A stretch of DNA of 63,113 nucleotides, filler included, from Guillardia theta CCMP2712 (GCF_000315625.1; 4 parts of 4 records of this genome joined end to end with filler, not necessarily neighbours in it), one strand, 5' to 3'. Counted from the first letter of the whole stretch, positions 11,349 through 23,897 are shown. Numbers and translations: made by a program. Notes: a model not told the origin generated them from the sequence alone.

Positions 11349-13282
11349 TGGCCTTGCCGCCATCGCAAGCACTGAGCATCGGGGACTCGGTACCGCGGTC
11401 AGCTCCAGTAGCCACATCTGAGGGTCTTGTTATTTTACTTAATAGTGATACCGGGTACTGGTTCGAGCCCCCCTCAACCAACTCCTAGTTGACAAAAGTT
11501 TGTGCATATGTTCGGTGCTGTCTTCAAGAGTCTCTGTGAAAGTCTCTGAGGCAAGCTTCAAAAACTATTTAAAAAAACTTTTAAAAGCTCATTTTACGAC
11601 ACCCTGGTGTAAGTTTATAAACGGTAACTGCGATCTATATTTAGACTTCATTTCAGCGTTTGGTCTGATTTCAGAACAAATGGTTTTAAACTCGGATCCT
11701 TTCGTCCATTTATATCTCTAAATCGTCCCTATATGGTTTTAAATGACCCCCGTCAACATCGGATAGTCACGTTACCGGTCACTTCAACCACCCCACCCAC
11801 AAACCCCATAAAACAGACCCCATTCACCCCACCACAGGTTGTTAACTCATAACCCCTGTTGGGCGTCCAATGTGACCACCCCTCATTGTGTAGAGGAATG
11901 GAGGGGTCACTACATCGCCTCCTTGTGTTGTTCAGATACGCCCCTTCCCCTGATGCAGCCTTTCAGTTTACTACCCCACCGGACCCACTCTTCTAAGTAA
12001 ATTTGTTTATTTCACCACCCCCATTTTTCCGTACTTTGTCCTACACCACTACCCCCACATTTATCGAGACCACCCCTCATAGAATCCAGCAACACTTGGT
12101 TGGATTTCTGTGACAAGGTGCTTCCCCACCTACTCACTCCACCCCACCCTCCATCTCTCCAGCCCCTCGCACCCACCCTCGGCCTATTAAGTTTTATAGA
12201 AGGGCATCACCTTAAAACGTGTAAAAGCTTCTAGGGTACCCTACCCCACCAAAGTACCACAGAGACTCTTTTTTCAGTTGATCCTCGTACACATGAAGTA
12301 CCCCCACCCCTAAATGACTTTGGAGATCTAAAAGTCCACACCCCCAATTTTCAATCCATGGCTAAAACTATGTAAAGTATTATAGTTGTTGGTGGCCTTT
12401 ACTACATAATAAAGGCACCCCACCCTCGGATAGAATGGACGCATACCCCACCATAGCTGTAACACACATTCAACCACCTCACCCCCCCTTTTCCATTTCA
12501 TTATGAAAAGAGTATGACCGGTGGGTTCACCCACCATGGATGTGAAGGTGTAACCCGTACTGGTACAAGTACTACCCCTTATCTTCCTACTCTTTCCCTG
12601 GGTAAAATCCATCATTTTGACCACCCCAAGGCACGGACACAACCGAATCTGTTTACCTCTACCCCCTTAGTTCGTGTTCCTCAGTCCAATCTTCCAGTAC
12701 CCCTACAGTCATTTCAATTCCGTCTCTTCATTTAACTACCCCCTACCCTTTTATCGTACCACCCTCATGTGGACCACCCCCATGGTACAGGCCAGCCGAA
12801 AGGTACAAGACGCGGACGATGCTGCGGTCAAGAGGGCTCTACGATGTGGGAGGGGGAAGATGACGGGAGGCGAAGGAGCAGATGGCGGAAGGAAGTAGAA
12901 CAGAATCTCTGACAACTAGTCATGGAGGAGAATGCACAAGGAATAAGATATAGCGGGCAGACTGGGTGTTATGGAACATTCTTCAAGTGTTCGTGAGAGA
13001 AGGTACTATGGTAGGATAGTTGATCAGGACTGTCAGGGTATGCATGCTGTGTTTTCCATGGATTTTTGGCAAGGTGATACATTGATGGTGATGTTGGAGA
13101 GGAGGGGAAATGCATAGGGATGATGGTTCTGGTGGTTCGTAGCGATACTTGAACACTATCGTTCGTCTGTTGAATACATGTTCTCAGCCTTCGCTGACCG
13201 TCTCTACTGTAGGTGGATCTGTTGACACTAGAGAAGTGGACCTGTCTGTCATCGCTCGCCACCGAGACCTTGTCCCCATGAG

Positions 13283-14617
13283 ATGTGCGGATCGGAGACG
13301 GTCTTGATCTCCAACGCGAACACTAGCAGGGAGGCGGTTGACTTGCTGCCCAAAGACGCCCTGCACCTTGTTCTCAGGGGTGACAACGAAGAGATCACGT
13401 CTGCTTGTCTCGATCAGAGCGGCGAAGCACCTCCGAACGAGACTTTGTTCATGGTCTCTTGTGGGCAGACGCTATCAGGCTCGCAAGCCTGCTGCTCCCA
13501 AGAAGTCCAAGACAAGATGATGCAGAGTGTGGGCCTGCATGACTCTTCGTGTGTGACAACATCGGTCACAGACAGAACTGCATGTCCTGAGAAGCAGCAC
13601 ACAGAAGTCAAGAACATGTTTGCGAGAGAGCTCGCGTTCCGGGCAGTCTTCAAGAACGAGGCTCCCCCTCCCAAGTCGTCCTCCCTCCACACCCTCGTGA
13701 AGGTGAAATCCAACGAGTCCATCACCCGTACGCGGTCCCTGCCGAGGACGGGATCATGGAACAACTTGGCGTCAGGGGAGCGGCAGCTTGACTACAAGTC
13801 GCAGTACATCGATGCTTGGGTCCGATCAGCTAGCTCGGCCAGTGGAGATGATGATGACGATGACAGCAATGATGATGAAGGGCGGGAGCAGGAGCAGGAG
13901 CAGGGGGAAGAGGGGAGTGGGGATAGCAGCAGGGCTCCGCGCTCTCTGCAACGGAGATCTCTCGGAGAGGAGACCACGAGGTCGTCATCCTTGCCGCGTA
14001 CAGGGTCTTACGATGCTCTGTCTACGATGAAGAGGTAATCCGACCTTCCCCCTCCCCTCCCTCCCTCCCTCCCTCCCTCCCTTCCCTCCCTTCCCTCCCT
14101 CCCTCCCTCCCTCCCTCCTCTCCCTCCCTCCCTCCCCTCCCTCCCTTCCCTCCCTTCCCTCCCTCCTCGTCCTTCGATACCTCCTCTACCTCCTCCATTG
14201 ATCCCGTTCATTATCCGTTTCCTCCTCCACTCCTCCACCACCTGTTGCTTACGACTTGGCTGTTGCAGACAAACAGACTTCAAGACCCTCTACCTCACGA
14301 ACGCGCAGACGCATCAGGACTCGTCGAGCTCGGCTGAGAGTGAAAGCAACAGCTCTGGCTCAGAGGTCGGCGCACAGCTACATCCTTGCGATTTGCCACT
14401 GCCTCGCACTGGATCCTTCGATAACCTTGTATTTGGTCTACGACAGAAGGTCGAGTCTCTCCCTTCTGCTCCTCCTCTTCACCATCATCTCCATCATGAT
14501 CATCGCCCTTCGTATCCTCCACTCACTTCGGTCTGCTTGCTGTCGTGTTGACGAAGTCATATCAGGATTTCAAGTCAAGATTCCTCCGAGCTTCTTCGCT
14601 GGACAAGCCCGGACCTT

Positions 14618-14658
<41 letters not shown>

Positions 14659-15120
14659 ACAATGACAGCATCAGTATCCTCAGCAGCAGCAGCACCAACA
14701 ACAACAACAACATCAACATCAACATCGGTATCAGAAGGAGGTGCAGCAGCAACAATGCGAGCGCATGTCGACCTCCTGCAGTCTCTGTGGCGACCTCTCC
14801 GTTGCAAGTTCCTGGCGGAGGAGAAGAAAAACTCGTTGCGCTGCTCAGTCTCTGTTGACAGCTACCTCAACATCCGCAGGTCCCTCCCTCATCCCCCCTT
14901 CCTTCCCTTCCTTCTCTCCCTGCTCTACTGAACCTCTTCCTTCTGCTCTTCCCACTACCTCCCTGCCCTGCTCCTCCGCTGCCTCCTGCCCTGCTCCCGC
15001 CCCTTCCATCTCCCTCACGTGGTTTCCATCTGCAGATCCAACAGGCTGGTAGCTCCCTGCTCGGGAGAGAGGAAGACGCTGATGCGAAGCGTTAGCTTCA
15101 CCACGTCGTTGCTATTGTGA
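13283..15120 (+). CDS. Ser-rich, probably disordered protein with three LPRTGS[W/Y/F] motifs
   Basis: Exon 13283-14034 (GTAATC donor), further exons near 14269-14449, 14550-14879 and 15050-15120, ending RKTLMRSVSFTTSLLL-stop. Confidence 0.55.
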
Positions 15121-15413
15121 GGAGGAGACTCCTCGTGTTCTCTTGTACAGTCATTCGTTCTCGCTGATAACGTGTAAACAATAATGAAACATCTAGTACC
15201 CGTCTTCCTCCTCTTCCACATCTGCCACCGCTTCTGCCTCCTCCTCTGTCTCTGCCTCCTCCACCTTTGCCTCTTGTCTCCGCCCGTCCTGCTCTAGGAT
15301 CCTACAGCACTGGGCAACGTCATGCCTTCAGCTCCTCTCACCCTCGTCATCCTCCTCGCTCTCTCCCAACCTCCTGCGTGTCCCGGCTTCCTCCTTCCCA
15401 CTCCTCCTTGTCC

Positions 15414-18020
15414 CTACTTGCTCTCCTCGCTGTCCCCGCTGTCCTCGCCGTCTTCCTTGCTTCCCTCCGCAGCTTGGCTCCTCTTCAACCTCCTCCTGAA
15501 GCCTCGATTCCTGCTGAAGACTGGAGCGACAGTCTTTCTCTCCTCCACTTCCTTCCTGCAGCACCAGTGGTGACAAGAAAGGAGGAGGACGTCAAGAGGT
15601 AGGAGGGGTGAGAGAAAGACGAAGAGGATGTGGGCAAGAAGGGGAGGGGAGAGGAGAGAAGCAAAACGGGAAAGAGAAATAGGAAGAGGAGAGGAGGAGA
15701 AGGGAGGAGGTGCAGCGGCAGCGGCGGCGGAGGCGGCAGCAGCAACGTCAAGACCTGATCGCTGTAGCAACATCGCGGGACGAGGGGTCGATGAAATTGG
15801 TGGCCTTGCCATGGAGAGAACCGGCGCGTGCAGTTCGACCGATGCGATGCAGGTAGGTGACAGCGTTGGGAGCGAACTGAGGGAGAAGTAAGGGAAGAAG
15901 GGGAGAGCAGGAAGGTGAGTGCAGAGGGGAGGAAGCGAGGAAGGGAGAAGTGAGGTAGGAGAGGAGAGGATGAAGATGAGAGAGGAAGAGGAGGAGCAGA
16001 GGCAAAGGCAGCAGCAGGAGCAGGAGCAGGAGCAGGAGCACCACCACCAGCAGCATGTACCTGCAGCTGGATCACATGCCCGACATTGGGGGCGTCGATG
16101 CCTCTGGCTGCGATGTCGGTGCACACGACGAGCGCGTCGCTCTTGACCCTCAGCAGGTTGAGCGCCTCGGCCCTGACAGCAGGAGGCACTTCCTTGTGGA
16201 TCATATGGGCCTCCCAGCCATGCTCGAGGAGGAACGCGTGCGTGTCCTTGGCAGATGCGATGGTGTTGCAGAAGACCATGGTCTTCACTCCCCTGCTCTT
16301 GTCCAGCACGTCGAGCAGGAGCGGGAGGGACTCCTCCTCGTCCTCCACCTCCACCCACTCCGTCTCCACCGCCAGCGACTGGCGGTGCAGCCCCATGGTG
16401 TTGATGTGGACCGCGTCGGGAAAGAGGAGACGGAGGGTCCGAACGATCGACTTGACTTTGTCCCCCTTCCAGTCCGGCAGGGTGGCAGCAGCGAAGATCA
16501 CCTGCGCTGGAGGGCGGGGGGGGACGTAGTCCTCCTCCGACAGGCCCTGCTTTGCGAGCATCCTCCTCTTGGTGTTGGAGATCCTCGGGCAGAGATAGTC
16601 GAGGATCTTCCTCACGTCATCCTCGAACCCTCCCTGCATCAGCATGTCTGCCTCGTCCACCACCAGCGCCTTGACCTGATCGAGCATCTCGGGTTCTGTG
16701 TACCGCAGCAGCGCGGAGGGGTGGCGATGAGGATGGAGCAGGAGGAGAAGATGGGGAGGCCGGAGGAGCCAGCGACTACGACACACGGGAAGTCACGCGC
16801 GAGCTGCGTCCTGCTCAGCCTCTGCATCATCAGCGCCACCTGCATCGCGAGCTCCTGGTTGGGGACGAGGACGAGGGCGCGAGGGTTGGGTCCGAAGTCC
16901 GTTGTCCCTTCCTCTGCCATCTGTTTCAGCATCCTCTGCATGACGGGAAGGAGGTAGGCGAGAGTCTTGCCGCTCCCCGTCTCTGCTCCGATCACTGTGT
17001 TCTTTCCTCTCAGGATCGCTGGGATCGCCTCCTCCTGGATCCTCGTCGGCCGCTCAAAGCCACATGCTCGCACGGCCTTGATCAGGTCCTGGTCCAGCCC
17101 CGTCGCCTCGAATGACGCATCCTCCCCCCACATGCTCTGCGGTGACGTCAACATGAGTAGGAGGGAGGGAAAGGGGAAGAAAAGGGATGAGAAGAACGCA
17201 AACAAGAAGATGACGAAGAGGTCAAGGAGGAGGGAAACAAGGACAGAGACAAGAAGACAACAATGAGGAGGGAGAGGAGGGGAAGGACGATGGGGAGGGG
17301 AAGGAGATGGTAGTTGTGGTAGTTGAGGAGATAGGAAGGAGAGTCTGTTTCATTACCATTTCACCAGCAGATCTTGACGTCGACGACGCAGAAGAGAAGG
17401 GACAAACTGGACGATGAACGGATTAGGGGAAAGAGCGACAAGAACCAGCAGCAGGAGCAGCAGAATGAAGAGAAGCAGGAAGAGTTGGGGCGGAGCTGGG
17501 GCAAAAGCAGGGGCGAGAGGAGAAAGAGGAGGGGGAGGAGGAGGAGGAGGAGGAGGAGCAGCAGCAGCAGCACCAGCAGCACCAGCAGCACCAGCAGCAC
17601 CAGCACCGCAAGCAGCAGGGGATGAAGGGATCAGACCTCCAGTATGTCCCCAGGGTCTCAGATACTCATGAAAACCGCTCCTCCTACTTCCAGCGCCGAT
17701 TGCAGGACGCAGTGACATGGAGGGAAAGGAGGAGGAGAAGGAGGAGAAACCATGCTGAAGAGGGAGAAAGAAAGCAGTTAACAGACTTTGTTCCACCGCA
17801 CCAGCCAACTCCTCTCTCACTTGAACGCGTCGAAAGGGGCCTGTGGCGAACCGTGAGTGGGGAAGCAGAGGGAAAGAGGGAGAGCAGAGCAGAGCAGAGC
17901 AGAGCAGAGCAGTGCAGAGCAGAGCAGAGCAGAGCAGAGATAGCTCACCGAAGACGCTTCTCGTGCTCCAAGAGGAAGATCCCAAGATAAGCGAAGGAAC
18001 GAGGATAAAGGCCCTGCCAT
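15414..18020 (-). CDS. DEAD-box RNA helicase, DDX28/RH22-like, probably organelle-targeted
   Basis: Q motif GFERPTRIQ, AETGSGKT, VPNQEL, VVDEAD, AAT, TDIAARGID, HRIGRTARAG and C-terminal FSRNRGFRRRLK. Four small 5' exons (18020-17949, ~17840-17821, ~17683-17637, ~17407-17358) join in consistent phase. One-base frameshift at the G run near 16718-16721. Confidence 0.9.
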
Positions 18021-19170
18021 GACAACAAGCTCACCTCCCCCTCTTCCTCCTCCTCCCTCCCTGCCTGCCTGCCTGCCTGCCTCCCCCTCTTCCTCCTCCT
18101 TCCTCCCTCCGTCCCTCCGTCCCTCCGTCCCTCCGTCCCTCCCTGCCTCCGTCCCTCCCTCCCTCCCTCCCTCCCTCCTTCTCTTCCCTCACCTCTTTAG
18201 CCGTACGAGTGCACTCATGACCAAACGTCTAGCGCAGGAACGAACCTGTAACAACTAAAGTGAGCGCTAACACAGCAACCTCATACATACATCACAATAC
18301 ATCACATCATCGTGATACATACAGCACGTTGACTACTCATCTCCTGCGATGATGAGACGTAGCTAACAAAGACTCTGCCGTTCTCTCTGCTGTTCTCCTC
18401 TTCACTTTCTTCCTCCTACACTCTTACCCTTCAGTCTCCTTCCTCTGCACGCTGGATTGCTCATAGCATTTGATCACAATCAAGTCGTGCTAGATCAAAC
18501 TCATTGATTCGTCTAGTTTTCTCTCTCTTGTATTCTCCTCTTTGAGTATCCACCTCCTCCTCCTGATAGCCTGATGCATTCATGCGTCTCTCGCCCTGTC
18601 GCTTTCCATCGTTTTCCATCTTCTTCTCCCCTTTTCTTCTCCTGTCCTGTCCTGCCCGGTCAAGTCCCGTCCTCTGCCCTGCCATCCTTCCCCTCCCCCG
18701 GGGGTTATGAAACTGTTCAGACGCGGCGGAACGACGTGGAAACGTGGAANNNNNNNNNNNNNNNNNNNNNNNNNNNNNNNNNNNNNNNNNNNNNNNNNNN
18801 NNNNNNNNNNNNNNNNNNNNNNNNNNNNNNNNNNNNNNNNNNNNNNNNNTCCCTCCTCCCTCCCTCCCTCCTCCCTCCCTCCTTCCCCTCCTCCTCCTCC
18901 TCTCCTCTCCTCCCTCCCTCCCTCCCCTCCCCTCTCCTCCTCTCCCCTCCCCTCCCCTCCCCTCTCCTCCAGCTCCTCTCCCCGATGGCTTCACGTGCGG
19001 CCATCGTGGTATCTCACATACTGAGAAACTTCAAACGTGAAAGTTTCAATGACGTCGCGATGTTCAAAGTTCCGAAGTTCAAAGTTCCGAAGTTCAAAGT
19101 TTCTCATCTCGCCGGCGCCCGGCCGGTATGGCCCGGCTGTGCGACTCATCAGTCCGCCGGCGATCAGCTT

Positions 19171-19478
19171 CTTTACTCAAAGTTAAGTTAAAAATCAGTA
19201 CGAGGACAATCAGGAGAGTCGAGGAGGCTTGACCCTGACGATTCTTTACTCAAAGTTAAGTTAAAAATCAGTACGAGGACAACCCTGACACTGTCGCACA
19301 GGCCGATCACTCAGGGTCAACCCTCCGGGCCCGAGGCTCCCGCCGGCCGGCCGGAGGCCGGCCTCTACTCTTCTGAGTCGAATTGTCCTCGTACAGTACT
19401 GATTTTTAACTCAACTTTGAATAGACGACCGTACTACAGTACAGTCATTTACTCAAAGTTAAGTGAAAAATCAGTACA
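19171..19478. repeat. Cluster of four partial copies (one inverted) of an ~85-bp element
   Basis: TTTACTCAAAGTTAAGTTAAAAATCAGTACGAGGACAA core at 19171, 19244 and 19448 (shorter), inverted at 19382-19422. Confidence 0.85.
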
Positions 19479-20619
19479 GTAGTATCAGTCAAGTTCCGTT
19501 GCGATCGGACTCCCCGACTCGCGGCGTTTACTCCTGCGGTTCTAGTAGTAAACTGTATCACAGGCAATATGTACCCCTCCCTTTGACCGGCTGAACTACC
19601 CCTGCCCGAAGCAGATGCAATAACAATGATCCCCGGGTTACTACGTGACTACCCCTACTTAGACCACTGAGGGAGGGGTGGTACCATCGTGATAATTATA
19701 AATTCCGGAACTCTCGGCTCAGGGGACTGACCTCGCCCATGCACATGCTCCCGCCCTCCCTGCCGCTCGCTCCTCACCCTCCCGCTCTTCCTCCTCCTCG
19801 TATCACCATCGAGATCCTCCAAGTATCACCATGGACTTCTGCCCGCAACGATAGAAAAGGCCTCTCCCTCCGTCCCGAGCATGCAACAGATTACACAGAA
19901 TGTTCGAATGACGTGCTTGGTAACGTCCTCTCGGCAAGAGCAAAGGCTCAGTCCAGGGCGCAGAAGCTGCGACAGCAAGCTGATTGATAGAATTCAAGAT
20001 GGATGAGTATGCGAGAAGGAGCAGGGAAAACGCGTGTGTATAGACTAGTCTTGTAATTGTAAATAAATGTCAAAGCATGAATCATGTCATGTATTAAAGT
20101 GACACAAGGCAGTTTCATCACGTGTACATTTATTGGATCTACTCACTCATTCTCGTCCACATGCTCTTGTCTGGATATGTAGACTCCGCGAGCCTGATGG
20201 CCGTGACAGCCTTACAAGTAGTACGTGAAGATTCCTCCATTCTTGGCAGGATGAGGAGAAGAAGCTTGTTGTGATAAGGAATAGCCATCAGGCTCATCAT
20301 CCACAAGGATCTCCTCTCTCCTCACTTAGATTGTGACATGTTGTTTGACTTTGTGTGCCTTTTCCTCTAATCAACTTCACGTTACTGCACAACTGCACCA
20401 CTGTCTGGAAGCTGCCATTGCATAATGTAATAAACACCCCCTTTGCATGAGGAAGCTCGATGCTGATTGATCTTGCAACTTCTGACTTGTCACTGAAAGT
20501 TGCCTGCCAGACTGCCGGGGCCCACCTTGCAAACTTGGGGCAGTGTTGCCATCTGATTCACCAGAGCGATGACTGCGTACTGAGTTTGATTGCGTCCGAT
20601 CGTAGGTATGTTCCTGGCT

Positions 20620-20709
20620 CTTTACTCATATTCAAAGTTAAGTTAAAAATCAGTACGAGGACAATCAGGAGAGTCGAGGAGGCTTGACCCTGACACTGTC
20701 GCACAGGCC
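20620..20709 (+). repeat. Longest copy of the same ~85-bp element
   Basis: TCAAAGTTAAGTTAAAAATCAGTACGAGGACAATCAGGAGAGTCGAGGAGGCTTGACCCTGAC is identical to 19177-19239; the tail CCCTGACACTGTCGCACAGGCC is identical to 19283-19304. Confidence 0.9.
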
Positions 20710-22326
20710 AAACGGTGAGAAGAGAAAAGAAAGCGAGAACCAACCCTTATCCTGCCTGCGCGCGCTGCTGACCCCGACGACTCCCGGCGAGTCCGGTGAC
20801 CGCACAGTGCGCCCCGCCCCCCCCCCTCCCCCCCCCGGGCCCCCCGGCGGCGTTTCAAGGCTTCCGAGTTCGTGGTTCAGCGCTGATGACAAGTGAGCCA
20901 GTGATGCGGCGCTTCCGATGATCATTGAATGCACGGGAGTCAGACAGTCCGATCAGAGGACTCCGGGAGACTGGCTCTCCAGTGATCAATGTGCTGAGTG
21001 TCGGACGGTCCGATACGGTCACACTGTCACGAACGGTTCGCCTCAGGGCCTGCCAACAGTGACTGTGACAGCTGCTAGGCTCCAACATGACTCACGCAGT
21101 GCTCAAAGTTAACGGTTAACTTAAAAGTTATCACACAGTCACTGAGCCTGTAGTACTCAGTGACTACCGTAGTACGGTGTTAGGACCGTCGGACCGGGAC
21201 AACTTATCATCCAAGCCGGGTCCAACTTGCCACGGCGGCCCCCGGCCGGGCCCGCCGGCGCCTCAGCCTGTGGTGATCACCGATGCCCGGGCCGCCGGAC
21301 CGGCGCGCGACCGAGTCTGAGTCGGGCGGGCCGGTCACAAAGGCCGGGCTGAGGCGGCCCGGAGAGTACCGTACGGTCCGACCCACCGGCAGGCCCCGGG
21401 CCCCGGCGGACTCGGGCGATCGGAGCGGGGGCCGACTGAGTATCTTTACCCGGTGTGACCCCACCCACGTTTTCGTAAGGGATAGGGAGGGGTAGAAATT
21501 GTAATGCCTTGTCAGCCGACCTTCTTTTTTCAAGATGACGGAGAAATAGGGGGGTAGGGTGTCCACAGATGGGGTGGGGTGCACGTCAAGGGTAGAGGAA
21601 ACTTGGCAGATCTGCCCGATACGTTTACCAGCGTAGTGGTGGTCTTTGATGGGGTACATTACTGAAGTCGAAACAGGGAAAAATAGGGTAGGGTAGTGAT
21701 TGACCAGGGGAAGGTACTTCATTACCAGGGGTGGGGTGCAAGAGTGTGACCTTGGGGTACTCCTGGGTGGTCAAAGTCTTGGTAGGGTGATTCAAAATGA
21801 CTGGGATGGAGGGGTGGGGTAGGTGGTTGGCCGGGACTGTTGGATGACCGTTCTCCTGTTGAGGCACGCGCGGCCATGGCGCGATGGGGACAGGAGGGGG
21901 AGGAGGAGGGGAGGAGAAGAGCGAGAGAGAGAGGCGTAGATGAGCGAGAAAGACAAAGTTTGCTGTTGTGTACAAAGAGAAAGCAAAACGACAGCAAGGA
22001 TTGCGAAATGCTGAAGGTAAAGGACGGGTTTGCTGATGGAATGTTCCGGTACTGGGGAGGATTGGTAGAGAGAATGATGAAAGCGTTGATGCTAGAGGCG
22101 GTAGAGCATGCAAAGTGGCATGAACTCGATTCCATGACAATTACACGAGGATCCGTAGAATGCTGAGAATAGGGAAAGGAGCTCACAGCCAACCGATGTC
22201 GTTTACCTCAAAGTTTACTCAAAGTAGTTTCGTTTCATTCAATGCTCCATTGCACAACATAGCCAAACAGGGATTCCTCGCAGAAGCCTCTGCACCAACA
22301 AGATCTAAGACCCTTGCTGCAGGTGA

Positions 22327-23790
22327 ATGAGTCAGTTCCCTCCTCCTCCTCCTGGAGGAATGTTCCCCAACACCAACCCCACCAACCAGCCTACGAATGC
22401 AGCGTATCCAGGTCTGCCTTGCTGCGTTTCGTTCCTGCCGCGTTCCGATCGTCACGCAGGTGCCCAGCCAAGCACAGGCATGCCTCCTCCTACATCAGGC
22501 ATGCCTCCTCCTACCGGCATGCCTCCTCCTACCGGCATGCCTACTCCTACCGGCATGCCTACTCCTACCGGCATGCCTACTCCTACCGGCATGCCTCCTC
22601 CTACATCAGGCATGCCTCCTCCTACATCAGGCATGCCTCCTCCTACCACAGGCATGCCACCCAACCAGCAGATGTATCAGCAGCCGAATCAAGCCGCACC
22701 GATGATGCCTGCTCCTGTTGCTCCTGCTCCACAGCAGCAGCAGCAGCACAATATGCATCAGCTCAATGCCTCAATGCAGAACGTGTCCTTGAATGCTCCG
22801 CAGACCTCTGCTCCTCCTCCATCGGGAGGATACCAGACACCTCCTGTTGGTTTTCCTCCTCCCACGAATAACTCAGCTCCTCCGACGCAGCAACCGTTTC
22901 CTCCTGCACAGGGCATGCCTCCTGGGCAAATGAACCAGGGCGGTGCCGCTCCCTCGTCCTTTCCTCCTCCTCCTACAGGCAGCAGGCCAGGTCTCCCCAT
23001 CCCTCAAGCTCCTGGACGTGAGCCCTTCTCGGACCCTCAAGCAGCTGCTGACTTTCTCACTACAGCCAACACCTCGGCTCCACCACCACCACATGTCATG
23101 GGAGCTCCTCCAGCGCAGTTGGGCCAGCAGGTTCAGAGCCACCAGTACCCGCAGCAGACGCCTCCAACCTCATTCCCCAACGCTCAGCATGGGGGCGGCA
23201 GCCAGTCTCAGGTCAGGCACAGACTGTCGAAGAGGGCGTTGCGTGCTTCCTGACTGTTAGCAGAACCCCAACGGTGTTCTTCCTCCTCCTCAGACAGCAG
23301 GGGGGACCTTCGCTCCTCCTCCTAAGGATGGCGTAGCGCCTACCGGTCCGTGTTGTCTTAACTTCCCTCGTCCTGCCTCTATGGGGGCAGCAGGCCATCT
23401 GCGAAGTTCCTTGTTCTGCTCCTCCTGCTCTTGTTCCCCTACTCTCTCCTCTTCTTACTCCCTGTGCCCTGTATAAACCTCTCCCGCAGGGAAGGCGGGA
23501 CAGGTCCAAGGACCTCCCCTCATCGCAAGTCAGGGGGTCGGAAGGTACTCGCTGCATGCTTATGATCCCACAAGCTGATTTGTTTTGTAGCGGAGGTGCT
23601 GGGCATACGACTGCCCCCCCTTCTAAGGTGAGGGGCAGGAGGGACGAGGACGAGAAGAAGATCGGAGGAGGAGGGAGGAGGAAGGAGCAGGAGCAGGGAG
23701 CGGGGAGCGAGAGATAATCTTGACGAACTTGTTCAGGCTCCTCCCATGTACAATCCGAACCTCGTCAAGGGAAAGGCGCATCCTCCGACT
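22327..23790 (+). CDS. Pro/Gln-rich N-terminus of a multi-exon protein (possibly Sec24-like); truncated by gap
   Basis: MSQFPPPPPGGMFP.., GMPPPT repeats, LNASMQNVSLN, then further small exons. No folded domain is visible, so identity is a guess. Confidence 0.45.
22477..22660 (+). repeat. Coding 18/21-bp tandem repeat (GMP[P/T]PT[S])
   Basis: GGCATGCCT(C/A)CTCCTAC(C/ATCA) units, about 9-10 copies. Confidence 0.9.
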
Positions 23791-23801
23791 GAGCAGCAAC
23801 A

Positions 23802-23849
<48 letters not shown>

Positions 23850-23897
23850 CAGCAGCAGCAGCACAGGTTCCTGTCCTCTCCTGTCCTGTCCTCTCCT

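Noticed and set aside
11740-12790. CRISPR array or telomeric repeat
   Set aside because: The shared word is only about 5 nt with irregular spacing and no fixed repeat unit; kept only as a motif-cluster finding.
16715-16725. Frameshift in the DEAD-box helicase (pseudogene or programmed frameshift?)
   Set aside because: Single-base loss in a G/C homopolymer with all motifs intact; most likely a sequencing error.
17370-18250. Possible + strand gene overlapping the helicase 5' end
   Set aside because: Minus-strand exons give a fully phase-consistent leader, whereas + strand candidates do not join convincingly.
19739-19987. Short ORF between the ~85-bp repeats as a transposase
   Set aside because: No DDE, HUH or recombinase motif, and too short.
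21840-22166. 108-aa ORF upstream of the Pro-rich gene
   Set aside because: No recognisable motif; may be 5' UTR or promoter sequence.
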